A stretch of 63,747 bases of DNA, filler included, from Octopus bimaculoides (Eukaryota): NCBI RefSeq assembly GCF_001194135.2. It is 9 parts of 8 records of this genome, joined end to end, with 100 filler letters (N's around TTAATTAATTAA, not from the genome) between each part and the next. Parts side by side here need not be neighbours in the genome. Positions count along the whole stretch, not along the records: positions 17,626 to 24,385 come from NC_068983.1; positions 24,486 to 32,786 come from NC_068988.1; positions 32,887 to 38,804 come from NC_068982.1; 6 more parts are not named here. The stretch is one strand, 5' to 3'. This document shows positions 22,023-35,030 of this stretch, one piece after another. The notes beneath the pieces were generated by a model, which was not told where the DNA came from, did no database searches, and was given only the letters and a program-made list of their open reading frames with translations. How positions within the stretch are numbered: the stretch's first letter is position 1; every line of letters starts with the position of its first letter. The position numbers and the translations under genes were made by a program.

Positions 22023-24484
22023 AGTGTATGTATATATATATATATATTATAAGGTTTTCAACTTTTGAATTTTCATATTCAAAAGAGACAGAGACTTCAA
22101 ACTCGATATATCGATTTATTCACCACTCTATGTTAACATTTCTGTGCCAAACTTATCCAGTGACTGGTCCATTGGATTTTGACATTTGGCACTTCTGAGA
22201 GAGTTAGGGGTTGGGGTTCAAACCACTAAGGGATAGTATCTATCCAATATACTGCTGGGAGGGTACCCAATTATTGCTACACTATGCTATACTAAGTGCA
22301 ATCAATGGGGGCGGGTAAAAGTGGAGGTTTTACCCCAAATTTGTATAACAATTAGAAAATGGAGGATAATATGCTGAAACCAACTACTTGCAGACGGTGT
22401 TTCCCGTTGAATTCATTAATTTAATTCATAGCAAAAGTGACAAAAAAGGGAGAAAAAGAAAGAAAGAACCAAAGCACATGTGTCTATAGCAGACTATGTT
22501 ATTTTGCCAACCTGGTTTACATATAGAATTACAAAGTACATAAGGAGTTAGAGGATGNNNNNNNNNNNNNNNNNNNNNNNNNNNNNNNNNNNNNNNNNNN
22601 NNNNNNNNNNNNNNNNNNNNNNNNNNNNNNNNNNNNNNNNNNNNNNNNNNNNNNNNNNNNNNNNNNNNNNNNNNNNNNNNNNNNNNNNNNNNNNNNNNNN
22701 NNNNNNNNNNNNNNNNNNNNNNNNNNNNNNNNNNNNNNNNNNNNNNNNNNNNNNNNNNNNNNNNNNNNNNNNNNNNNNNNNNNNNNNNNNNNNNNNNNNN
22801 NNNNNNNNNNNNNNNNNNNNNNAGAGCAAGAGGTAAAAACAGAGGTGTGGTAGAGACCAGAAGAAAAACAACAGCAAAAATAAGATAGAAATAAAAATAA
22901 AAAATAGAATCAAAATCAAAATAAAAATAAAAATAAGGGTACAGCAGGAAAAAAATAATAATAAAAAAGAATACATAAATGAAAAATGAAGGTATAGCAT
23001 GTGGGACATGCAAAAATATAAAAAAGATATATGTCAAAAAACCCTTAAAAATACAAGGCATATAAAGAGCCTACAAACATTATAAATAGGTAGCTATAGA
23101 CACTCCCAATGCATATATATATGTGTGGGTTCGTGTGCACAACCTTATTCGGATGTCCCCTTACTTCCATGTGTGCATATACAAGTTTTTATAAGCAAAC
23201 ATTCCACCACATACGTTGTTTGTGGCATCAGCGCTATTAGCCGTATCTAGAAAACTGTAATTGTTTATTAGAAAGGAAGTTTTGTTGAGTGTGTGTGTGT
23301 GTGTGTCATTTCTATATATATTGGAAGGTTCTATGTAGAAGGTCATTTCATACAAGTTATTAATGTTCCAGTAGCAATAACAGTGATGGTGACGATGATG
23401 GTGACAACAACAACAACAACAACAACAATAATATGCCAAACTTTCAAACTTAGCGGTGTAGGATATCCTGTTGCTTCTTCCAACGGCTCTACCATTCTGC
23501 TGCTAGTGGGGGAAGGTTAATTACTACCGTTAACTTTCCTCCTTCCAATTGGGCAACTATTGTTTTAAACTGCCTACGCTTAGCTACGGTTGGATAGCCA
23601 CTGGCCGGTCAAGATGCTAGCGTGCCTGCGCACTTCCCCCCCCCCCNNNNNNNNNNNNNNNNNNNNNNNNNNNNNNNNNNNNNNNNNNNNNNNNNNNNNN
23701 NNNNNNNNNNNNNNNNNNNNNNNNNNNNNNNNNNNNNNNNNNNNNNNNNNNNNNNNNNNNNNNNNNNNNNNNNNNNNNNNNNNNNNACACACACGCGTGC
23801 TATGTATATCTCCCCGTACTCACGCTCATGCGTGCGTGTATGTATATACACATGTATGCGCGCAGCCACACATCTCTTAATTCAACTATATACTCACGGT
23901 GAGGGGGTAAAGTTCCCAATGTAATGGCAATAGAGTTAAATTGGTAGACTTTCAAGAAGACTACAAGCCGATAACCACAACAGTAACAATGAGGGTAAAT
24001 ACATTCTCATCTATACATATCCATATATACACCCTTATACCCATTATGTCCCCTCACATATACCCATACTTATTCATACATAGACAACTGTGTGGCCAAC
24101 TATCATTACATCCGTATGTACACAACTACATACCTACCTACATACTCACCTATACATATAAACATACCTAAATACACACACACACACACACCAATAGATG
24201 TGCACACACACACATACTTATACATGTATACACACACACATATACATATACCTACACTTACACAAACACATATATACACACACATATATATATATATATA
24301 CATACATATATACTACATCCATATAGATATCCACATCCACACACGCACATGCACGTACATACATCCACGTATGCACTCACAGGCANNNNNNNNNNNNNNN
24401 NNNNNNNNNNNNNNNNNNNNNNNNNNNNNTTAATTAATTAANNNNNNNNNNNNNNNNNNNNNNNNNNNNNNNNNNNNNNNNNNN

Positions 24485-25973
24485 NACTGATAAAAGTAAA
24501 TTCATAATTTACTGACAGAAGCAGCTTCACAAATTTCACTTAAATCCGTACACTTAGTTAATTTTCCCCAAAATTTCTGATTTATTTTAGCAACGGTTTC
24601 GTGTTTTTATGCTGTTAACAGCTTTTTGCAGTTCCTTCGATATTGGTTCTTTGGTTCACGGACAAATTTCACTTCAACCCGTATAATTCTTTATTTTCCG
24701 TAAAAAATTCTTATTTACTTTCTGCCCGTCATATTAAGAAATATATTTCCGTTACCCAGTTATTTTCATTGTTTACTATCTTCTGCACCCGTGTATTTCT
24801 GTATGCGTATATAACCATGCCTAGAAGGAAACTGTCAAATTTGTCTACAATGTCAAGGTCAGTCAAAAGAATGTCTCTGTCCAGGGAAAGAGAGACAGCT
24901 GCAGAAAGAGAAGCATACCAAAAAACGAACTTACTGTGCACTACAAAAGCCAGAGCATCTAAAAGTGATGAACAGAGCTATGCAAGGCTGACAAGGAATA
25001 GGATCTCTACTGCAGAACGAAGAGCAGTTGTAACAACTCAGAAAAGTAACTCCTATGAAACAGCTTTCAATAATGATCCAGCAGTTCATTATGCAGATGA
25101 CGCTAGAGTTTCCATTGGTGCAGTGACAACTGAGTGCATACATTGTAAAGCAAGGAAGTGGCCTGGAGAGACACCTGCACTGTGCTGCAGGGGTGGAAAG
25201 GTTAAACTCCCTGCAATCTCCCAACCTCCAGAGCCACTGAAGAAACTGTTGTCATCAACTGACCAAGATTCCAAGCACTTCCAAACCAAAATTAGACAAT
25301 ACAGCGCTACACTACAGATGATATCATTTGGAGCCACAAAAGATTTAATTGAACCAGGATTCATGCAAACTTTCAAGATCCANNNNNNNNNNNNNNNNNN
25401 NNNNNNNNNNNNNNNNNNNNNNNNNNNNNNNNNNNNNNNNNNNNNNNNNNNNNNNNNNNNNNNNNNNNNNNNNNNNNNNNNNNNNNNNNNNNNNNNNNNN
25501 NNNNNNNNNNNNNNNNNNNNNNNNNNNNNNNNNNNNNNNNNNNNNNNNNNNNNNNNNNNNNNNNNNNNNNNNNNNNNNNNNNNNNNNNNNNNNNNNNNNN
25601 NNNNNNNNNNNNNNNNNNNNNNNNNNNNNNNNNNNNNNNNNNNNNNNNNNNNNNNATCATCGGATTCGCTCTCTACTACCTCTGTCAAATGAATCACCGA
25701 AATCGGCCTTTTATTGTTTATAATCTGTACCTGTTTTTTGGTTACGAAACAAGCTACACAAACATGTTTTTGGATTACGTGTATTTACTTTATATACATA
25801 TATGAGTTGAAAAGTTTCTTTTAACATTTCACTTAATGTCCATGTTCCATGCTGGTATGGGCTGTAGAAAGTTGGTATCTCAGCTACTATCAGTTGAGAC
25901 CTGCGTAATCTAGACGGCGTTTTAAAATTTCACTGCTTTCTTTAACCCGGGCAACGCCGGGTATTTCTGCTAG
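24485..25973 (+). mobile_element. Internally deleted Helitron retaining the RepHel N-terminal coding segment (ATG 24817 to about 25723)
   Basis: CIHCKARKWPGETPALCCRGGKVKLP..PPEPL zinc-finger region, then FGA...TFKI[gap]HRIRSLLP; 3' hairpin CCCGGGCAACGCCGGG and CTAG (25970-25973) followed by T; the 5' end is not visible. Confidence 0.9.
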
Positions 25974-27629
25974 TAGCTAATAAAAGCACACGCACTGGTT
26001 ATGTTTCACTTCAGTTTTATAACAGGTCTATTAGACAATTATAAAACACTCAAACAGGAAATTTCTGGCAGAAAAATAACAACAGTTCAGCAGAGATAGG
26101 AAATAATTGTCCTACTATGTCATACATATGTAAACCAAAAGTAAAACAATCTTTCTGTTGAGGCTGACCGGCTGACGAATTATTTCAGAAATAAGTTAGA
26201 TATTTACAGAGATTCATAGGATTACATGAATATAGAATATGTAAATACATTGGAGATTGTCATTTCAGCCTTTCGAAGTGTTGTGTACATATTTCTCCCT
26301 TTGCAACAGGCCCTTTCGTCAGTCGTAGCGTATCTAACAGACATCATTTCCTCATATATACATATGGCATGCAGGTGAAGAGAACAGTTTTACGATGCGT
26401 TTACAATTCTTTCTTGAACGTTTTCTTTGAAAATTATGTCTAAATCAGCGATTGGTTAATTCTTGAAGTTATGAATAAGAGAAACACATTTTACTTATCA
26501 ACTTAGCGACATTCAAACCAGATTATACGATGTATCTTACACCAGGTGGAGCTTTGCTCGTACGATCGTGGGTGATATTGATAACAGAAAACACCAACCC
26601 AGATACATACACACAAACGTACATACATACTAACATGCATGCATACATACATACATACATGCATACATACATACATAGTCAGGTTATCAAGAAACCAACA
26701 GAGTAGTTAACTGCCACCCAAACTCCCCAGAGACATACAGACCGAGATGGAGAATTAACGAAGTTACAAACATGTGTGTGTGTGTCTAAGTGTTGGTATT
26801 GCGTATATGTGTATTTGTGTTTGTATAAATGTATACATACANNNNNNNNNNNNNNNNNNNNNNNNNNNNNNNNNNNNNNNNNNNNNNNNNNNNNNNNNNN
26901 NNNNNNNNNNNNNNNNNNNNNNNNNNNNNNNNNNNNNNNNNNNNNNNNNNNNNNNNNNNNNNNNNNNNNNNNNNNNNNNNNNNNNNNNNNNNNNNNNNNN
27001 NNNNNNNNNNNNNNNNNNNNNNNNNNNNNNNNNNNNNNNNNNNNNNNNNNNNNNNNNNNNNNNNNNNNNNNNNNNNNNNNNNNNNNNNNNNNNNNNNNNN
27101 NNNNNNNNNNNNNNNNNNNNNNNNNNNNNNNNNNNNNNNNNNNNNNNNNNNNNNNNNNNNNNNNNNNNNNNNNNNNNNNNNNNNNNNNNNNNNNNNNNNN
27201 NNNNTATATATAATTATATAATGACATTTATGTATATCTATGAATTTGCAGTTGTTTAGAGACAATCGTACATGTAATTATATATATGAATAACCACACA
27301 CGCATACTGGCGTGCAAGTGCTCGTCTGTCTGTGCGTCTATAAAAAAATGTGCATATATTTAGCTATATGCAAAGTGTGCACATTAAGCACACACTACAA
27401 ACGTATGCACATGCACATTTACACTCACACATACGCATTTATCAGAAGGTATGTAATTATATGCATGTCATTACAAATGCAGGCTTCCACGCACATATAG
27501 ACACATGTATGTATACACAGACAAATACACACACACACTCATGTTTGTGCGTGTGTTTGTGTGTATGTGTGCGTGCGTCTGTCTGTGCATGTAATGAATT
27601 TGATATGTATATGTATATATTTATAAACA

Positions 27630-27676
<47 letters not shown>

Positions 27677-28333
27677 NNNNNNNNNNGTCTTTCTGTCTGT
27701 CTGTCTGTCTGTCTGTATATAACTCAAATGTTATGTATAAATATATAAACACACACTGGCGCTTAACCACAAACACTCTCTCATACACACCAATGCATAA
27801 ACAAACAAATATAAAAAAGGTGCCATATCGTTTTTTATTTTTTATTTTCTCGCATCATTAAGAACAAGAAAGGTTTCAGATAATTTAGAGATCGGAACTA
27901 CTCCCTTATCCTACTCCTCTCATACCTCATTCTGAAAGGCATGTTACTTTAATGAAACTTACGTCACAACGCATATAACACAGGTACAAACACAGAGAAA
28001 CGTACACACGTGTATATATATACACACAACTGGTATTTTCTGCCTATCTGTCAATCTGTTTCACAGTATATCTGTTTTCTGTCTGTCTGTCTGTCTGTCT
28101 GTCTGTCCTCCTCTTCTATACATACATACAAACCTACACAGATACATACATGCAAAGGTGCCTTATACATACATGCATACAAAACCGTACATAAGCACAT
28201 ATACACGTATATATATATATATATGTATGTATACGTATATGTGCTTACACACACACACACACACACACACAGACACACACACACACACACATAAGCACTT
28301 ACGTATATAATTACATTCATATCTATACATACA

Positions 28334-28366
<33 letters not shown>

Positions 28367-28891
28367 NNNNNNNNNNNNNNNNNNNNNNNNNNNNNNNNNN
28401 NNNNNNNNNNNNNNNNNNNNNNNNNNNNNNNNNNNNNNNNNNNNNNNNNNNNNNNNNNNNNNNNNNNNNNNNNNNNNNNNNNNNNNNNNNNNNNNNNNNN
28501 NNNNNNNNNNNNNNNNNNNNNNNNNNNNNNNNNNNNNNNNNNNNNNNNNNNNNNNNNNNNNNNNNNNNNNNNNNNNNNNNNNNNNNNNNNNNNNNNNNNN
28601 NNNNNNNNNNNNNNNNNNNNNNNNNNNNNNNNNNNNNNNNNNNNNNNNNNNNNNNNNNNNNNNNNNNNNNNNNNNNNNNNNNNNNNNNNNNNNNNNNNNN
28701 NNNNNNNNNNNNNNNNNNNNNNNNNNNNNNNNNNNNNNNNNNNNNNNNNNNCATTCATACGTATATTCAGACATAAATAGATACATGCATAAATATATAC
28801 TTACGCAACATATACCCACATGCGTACATAACGAAACGTCACAAACCACAAAATGGAGAGAGAGAGAGAGAGAGGGTGAGAGAGGGTGAGA

Positions 28892-28930
<39 letters not shown>

Positions 28931-29059
28931 TGTGAGAGAGAGAGAGCCATGGAAAAGAGAAGGAAAGAAAGAAGCAAAGAAAGCAAGAGAAGGTTTGTAG
29001 ATGTAATTACAACATAACTGAAGACTCATTTGTCACGATGGAATCAGCTTGGAGCAGCT

Positions 29060-29213
29060 GAAGATGAAGATGATGATGATGATGATTGTGATGATGACGA
29101 CCACGATGACGCGTCGATGATCATGGATGCAGTGGTCGTGATGCTACTGCTGCTGTTGCTGCCGTTGTTGTTGTTGTTGCTGCTGCTGCTGCTGCTGTCG
29201 ATGATGACGATGA

Positions 29214-29245
<32 letters not shown>

Positions 29246-29280
29246 ATGATGATGATGATGACGATAGCAATGATGACGTT
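29060..29280. repeat. Compound GAT/CTG/TTG microsatellite
   Basis: Direct inspection. Confidence 0.9.
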
Positions 29281-29291
29281 ATTGTAGTTCT

Positions 29292-29490
29292 CAGTGAGAT
29301 TTAGCGTGACACAGAATGTGACAAGGCTGGTCCTTTGAATTACAGGTACAACTAAATTTTGCCAGCTGAGTGGACTGGAGGAACGTGAAATAGAGTGACT
29401 TGCTCAAGGGCATAAAACACTGCCAGAAATCTAACACCCAACTTAACGATTGTGAGCCGAATTCCCTAACCATTAAAACACGCTTCTCCA
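29292..29490 (-). mobile_element. Degenerate tRNA-derived SINE, family 'C' related
   Basis: Shares AGCGTGACACAG..GTGACAAGGCTG..CCTTTGAA with 29556-30077; head remnant at the right end. Confidence 0.65.
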
Positions 29491-29555
29491 CAGCGAAACT
29501 AATAGTTTGTTGTTAGAACTTAATATCAGAATAAAGCGTTATGCGAGTACATATT

Positions 29556-30077
29556 GTCGTTGTTGTTGTTGTTGGCACTCCGTCGCTTACGACATCGAGG
29601 GTTCCAGTTGATCCGATCAACGGAACATCCTGCTCGTGAAATTAACGTGCAAGTGGCTGAGCACTCCACAGACACGTGTACCCTTAACGTAGTTCTCGGG
29701 GATATTCAGCGTGACACAGTGTGACAAGGCTGACCCTTTGAANNNNNNNNNNNNNNNNNNNNNNNNNNNNNNNNNNNNNNNNNNNNNNNNNNNNNNNNNN
29801 NNNNNNNNNNNNNNNNNNNNNNNNNNNNNNNNNNNNNNNNNNNNNNNNNNNNNNNNNNNNNNNNNNNNNNNNNNNNNNNNNNNNNNNNNNNNNNNNNNNN
29901 NNNNNNNNNNNNNNNNNNNNNNNNNNNNNNNNNNGAGTACAGCAGGGTTCGCCACCATCCCCTGCCGGAGCCTCGTGGAGCTTTAGGTGTTTTCGCTCAA
30001 TAAACACCCAAAACGCCCGGTCTGGGAATCGAAACCGCGAGTCTGCTGCCCTAACCACTGGGCCATTGCGCCTCCAC
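29556..30077 (-). mobile_element. tRNA-derived SINE family C with (CAA)n tail, spanning a gap
   Basis: Minus strand head GGAGGCGCAATGGCCCAGTGGTTAGGG...GGTTTCGATTCCC; body near-identical to 34246-34532. Confidence 0.85.
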
Positions 30078-30968
30078 AGTACAGAGTGTAATATGTAATT
30101 AAATATAAAATTAAATAAATGGTAAAGGAACTGAAATTACGTAATTCATTAGCTTACAGCAGTTTTCGCTATCAGAAGCTGTGCACTCAGAGCGGAGTCC
30201 ATATGCATCACCTTATAACTTTCTTGTAACTTCTAAAAAAGAAGAACTGATATGTAAATTTTCGATGAAAAACGAAGTGCCCTTGTGGATTCTTTCTCTA
30301 TAAATCCATGCCGAAACGACTGAAGTAAAGTCACCGAGAACAAAATGAAACGTACCTGATCAGGTAATGATCTTAGGTATGAAGACCAACTAGAAATAGA
30401 AAAACTAAAAATAAAGTTTCATGGTTTGGAACTTAGGAATCGTTTTGCCTATGAAGAATTTAAGAAGCAGGTTATTCGATAGATTTAAGGCTTTACGGAA
30501 CTGATACATTACTGATATGTTGTTTCATATACGCTGTTCTATAATACTAACAGGCGCCGAAAGCAAAATCAATGTTTATGGAATGGTCGTCCTAAAGTCA
30601 TTCAAACAAGAAGACGTTTAAAACATGTTAGGTTGATGTCCTCTGTATCTGAAAGTAATGAGTTATAGCATACAATACAAACTACTTTTGAACAATAAAG
30701 TGAAAAATTATTGGAGCAGAGCAACTAGCCAGGGAAATCATGTAACACCATGAAATTGGAAGAACATAAGGTGCTTGGAAATATATTGCAGGAAAACGAA
30801 ACAAATCTCAGTTGTCATGACAGACTCCATTGAAGATCACATAACAATGATTCGGCTTTACTTTGAAAAATTATTAATTGTTGCAGCAATTACCAGCGAC
30901 TTGCAACCGATTAACAATCAGCTTAGGGTACCTCAAATATCAGCTGAACTGACTGATGAAAAGAGATG

Positions 30969-31010
<42 letters not shown>

Positions 31011-31278
31011 NNNNNNNNNNNNNNNNNNNNNNNNNNNNNNNNNNNNNNNNNNNNNNNNNNNNNNNNNNNNNNNNNNNNNNNNNNNNNNNNNNNNNNNNNN
31101 NNNNNNNNNNNNNNNNNNNNNNNNNNNNNNNNNNNNNNNNNNNNNNNNNNNNNNNNNNNNNNNNNNNNNNNNNNNNNNNNNNNNNNNNNNNNNNNNNNNN
31201 NNNNNNNNNNNNNNNNNNNNNNNNNNNNNNNNNNNNNNNNNNNNNNNNNNNNNNNNNNNNNNNNNNNNNNNNNNNNNN

Positions 31279-31315
<37 letters not shown>

Positions 31316-31396
31316 AATATAGACAGACAGTCAGATTGATAGAAAGATAGATAGATAGATAGATATTTAGATAAATAGATAGATAGATAGACAGAC

Positions 31397-31432
<36 letters not shown>

Positions 31433-31589
31433 GAATAGATAGATAGACAGAGGGAGAGAGGGAGAGTGAGAGTTGAATTGCAGCAGTCTGTAGAAAAAAG
31501 CTGAATCAGAAGAAATTACATCAGACGTGTTAGAAAATTGAGCTCTACCGAACTTCTCTAACCAGGTCTAAATTCTGAAATCATTAAAT

Positions 31590-31830
31590 ATGACACGCCA
31601 GAAGAATGGATAAAGTGTTTAACAATACCGACCTCATAGAAAGAAAAGAGCAATTTTGAACCTTATAATCACTGGAGGAATGAAGACAGTCAATAACAGT
31701 AGTGGTCCCGAAGAAAGGAAACTGCAATCTTCCAGATAATCAAAAGTAATTATCACTCGTGTGTACCAGTACAAAATTCTTTAATCGAGTGGTATTCACA
31801 AGACCAAGAGCACGAACTGGGAATTTTCTG
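31590..31830 (+). mobile_element. Highly decayed non-LTR reverse-transcriptase fragment
   Basis: TPEEW..., VPKKGNCNLPDNQK*LSLVCTSTKFFNRV resembles the LINE RT N-terminal P.KG....NYR.ISL....K.F.R region. Confidence 0.45.
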
Positions 31831-32049
31831 TTTTGTTTCAAGCTAAATAAGAACAAATACTATCATTATGAGTGTATTTGTTTGAACTCCTACTTCTCAA
31901 GGAAACGCAGTTTTGTTGTAAATTTCGTGGAAATTTTTTTACTCCTTTCACTTCGTAGACAGGACCCTAAGTTTCTATGAAGAGATAAATTTAATCATTA
32001 GCACTATTATGTTATTATACATAAACGTCAAAAGTAGACTGTCCAATAA

Positions 32050-32760
32050 GACAACGTTTATATTTATGCTGCAGCCGACTGGTTTGCTTATGCACGTTAG
32101 CGCTTATGATAGCAGGAGCAAAAAAACATTCACTTATAATGTTTAAGAAGGTGCCTGGGAGAATGGAGTTCTTCAAACTAATTCTTTTCTCAGCCAAGTA
32201 AAGTTTGCACTACTGACTTTTGCTAGGGTAAGGTTTGCACTTTCCCAGTATATTCCAGTTGATGCAATAATGTGTCGCGATTTCCTTAAATGCCCATTCA
32301 CGTCTCGTTAGAGTTGCGACATTACGTTGCTCTCAGGTATTGAACGGGGATTTGTGGTTTTCGAACTTGGTACTTAAAGGACCTTCCCTTACACTTACAT
32401 ATTTCCGCATGTTCATTGCTCCACTGGAATCCCTTGACACAAAATCTATCTGAAAGACAACGGCTTCTGTATTGCACTGGCCGTGCAGTATGCATGGGAC
32501 ATTACTTCTGCATGGCCAGCCCACTCCTCGGTTTGGGTGTATTTATTAGTATTTCATTTTTTGTTTTGGAAACTATGAAATTTGAAGCAGATAAAACCAT
32601 TAATAACAGAATAATGGGTTAAAAAAAGCAAAAAGCTTCGACATGTTCACTGCAGAGCATATTTTAACCTAATATTTTAAAATCTAAAACATACCTTTAT
32701 CTGCTAAAAGTTTCCTCCGTTCCAACAAGAACTATTTCAGGTTCTCTCGAAGTTTATAAG
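32050..32760 (-). mobile_element. Penelope-like element C-terminus (GIY-YIG endonuclease), decayed
   Basis: Minus strand CRSNVPCILHGQCNTEAVV...RKYV...KFENHKS...INWNILGKCKPY...CKLYLAEK...FLN follows the PLE linker plus GIY-YIG pattern. Confidence 0.7.
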
Positions 32761-32886
32761 TTCTTAGGACGTATATATATATATATNNNNNNNNNNNNNN
32801 NNNNNNNNNNNNNNNNNNNNNNNNNNNNNNTTAATTAATTAANNNNNNNNNNNNNNNNNNNNNNNNNNNNNNNNNNNNNNNNNNNN

Positions 32887-33219
32887 TTTTTCCTCTTTCT
32901 CAAAGGCTGTCATTACTTTCGAGACAGTACTTTTTGATACACCAGACATTTCCGCTGTTTTTGTTACGCTAGCGCCTGCCATACGAGCACGAACAATTTG
33001 ACCGCTTTGAAAGTCCGATAGATCTGTCATTTTAATGAATTTTGATTACCTTTTTCCGATGATATCTGAAAAGAAACAGCAATTTTAGCAAAACATATTA
33101 AGCAACACTAATAATAAATCAAAAAACATAAAAATAAACAAGCTTTTGGCGGTTTTATAGATATTTCAAAATTATGATGGTATGATGCTAGGTGTTTCAA
33201 TTATTTTGTCCAACCCCTG
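32887..33219 (-). mobile_element. Incomer-like Tc1 5' fragment
   Basis: TIR TTATTTTGTCCAACCCCTG-TA; MTDLSDFQSGQIVRARMAGASVTKTAEMSGVSKSTVSKVMTAFEKE. Confidence 0.88.
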
Positions 33220-33554
33220 TACATAAATACATGCATACATACATAATACATACATACATAGTTATCTGTGTGTGTATGTATGCATATATATACATATTCT
33301 ATTATTGTAGTGTTTTTATCCGTAATTTTCCGTCCTACTTGCATTTTGTTCGCAGCCTGAGTGATATTCCCTGTATCACTGACTCAACAACTCTAGCAGT
33401 ACCATGAAATTTGAAGTCTTCGGACTTAAAGACGTCGAAACTACGCTTGAAATCTAGGTTTCCACTGCTGATGAAAGGTTTCATGTGTCTCCTTTCTGCG
33501 TGTCTTTCGTTCTTTTTCCATTAATCCCTTCCATATTCCATTTTGACATTTTTG

Positions 33555-33595
<41 letters not shown>

Positions 33596-34245
33596 NNNNN
33601 NNNNNNNNNNNNNNNNNNNNNNNNNNNNNNNNNNNNNNNNNNNNNNNNNNNNNNNNNNNNNNNNNNNNNNNNNNNNNNNNNNNNNNNNNNNNNNNNNNNN
33701 NNNNNNNNNNNNNNNNNNNNNNNNNNNNNNNNNNNNNNNNNNNNNNNNNNNNNNNNNNNNNNNNNNNNNNNNNNNNNNNNNNNNNNNNNNNNNNNNNNNN
33801 NNNNNNNNNNNNNNNNNNNNNNNNNNNNNNNNNNNNNNNNNNNNNNNNNNNNNNNNNNNNNNNNNNNNNNNNNNNNNNNNNNNNNNNNNNNNNNNNNNNN
33901 NNNNNNNNNNNNNNNNNNNNNNNNNNNNNNNNNNNNNNNNNNNNNNNNNNNNNNNNNNNNNNNNNNNNNNNNNNNNNNNNNNNNNNNNNNNNNNNNNNNN
34001 NNNNNNNNNNNNNNNNNNNNNNNNNNNNNNNNNNNNNNNNNNNNNNNNNNNNNNNNNNNNNNNNNNNNNNNNNNNNNNNNNNNNNNNNNNNNNNNNNNNN
34101 NNNNNNNNNNNNNNNNNNNNNNNNNNNNNNNNNNNNNNNNNNNNNNNNNNNNNNNNNNNNNNNNNNNNNNNNNNNNNNNNNNNNNNNNNNNNNNNNNNNN
34201 NNNNNNNNNNNNNNNNNNNNNNNNNNNNNNNNNNNNNNNNNNNNT

Positions 34246-34532
34246 GTTTATTGAGCAAAAACACCTAAAAGCTCTACGAGGCTCCGGCAGGGGATGGTGG
34301 CGAACCCTGCTGTACTCTTTCACCTCAACTTTCTCTCATTCTTACTTCCTGTATTTCAAAGGGTCAGCCTTGTCACACTGTGTCACGCTGAATATACCCG
34401 AGAACTATGTTAAGGGTACACGTGTCTGTGGAGTGCTCAGCCACTTGTACGTTAATTTCACGAGCAGGCTGTTCCGTTGATCGGATCAACTGGAACCCTC
34501 GACGTCGTAAGCGACGGAGTGCCAACAACAAA
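34246..34532 (+). mobile_element. SINE family C (head lost in gap)
   Basis: Reverse complement of 29556-30010; ends GAGTGCCAACAACAA. Confidence 0.85.
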
Positions 34533-34569
34533 TATCTCCGCCCCATCAACTTTTGATACTTTACAAGTC

Positions 34570-35030
34570 TTATGTGCGGCCCTCAGTGGATTGTTACTCC
34601 CACATCTGAAATGGTGATGTGTTACATAAACATTCTGAACCGCATCTAGAAAAGTGCCACTCGACTAATGGACACGCAATCCTGAATTGACAAGTTCCAG
34701 CCTCTGACCAACAGGCGTGCTGTCTATCCCCTCTGTCTTTTCTATCACTACATTAATAGCCTCTCCTCAGCTTCTTGGTACTGTCTGTTCTCATATCCCC
34801 ATCACTGACCCCTCGACACACTCGCATCTCCACCTCCCGTCACTTTTCTTTCCTCCAACCCATCTCTGGTCCCACGCTAGCCACTAGACTCAGTCTTTCC
34901 TCCCCAGAATAGCAACCTGCTGGAATCTTCTCCCTGCTCATATCTTTCCTATAGGAGTTGACCTGCAATACTTTAAAAAAAACATAAATGTCATCAAACT
35001 TACCAGTCATGAAGGACCTGCAAAGGTCAT
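34570..35030 (+). mobile_element. CR1/Jockey-like LINE 3' coding end, decayed
   Basis: Relics LCLFY.YIN and SFLPRIATCWNLLPAHIFP..DLQYFKKNIN match the RT C-terminal SF.PR...WN.LP...F....L..FK pattern; exact clade uncertain. Confidence 0.65.

Noticed and set aside
22275-22330. Twister-ribozyme-like 3' end CGGGTAAAAGTGGAGG
   Set aside because: No P4 helix or CCCAAGC-type loop, and no P1 partner could be formed.
30151-30180. Hammerhead-like remnant (minus: CTGATAGCGAAAACTGCTGTAAGCT)
   Set aside because: No stem II and the core is altered; at best a deleted relic.
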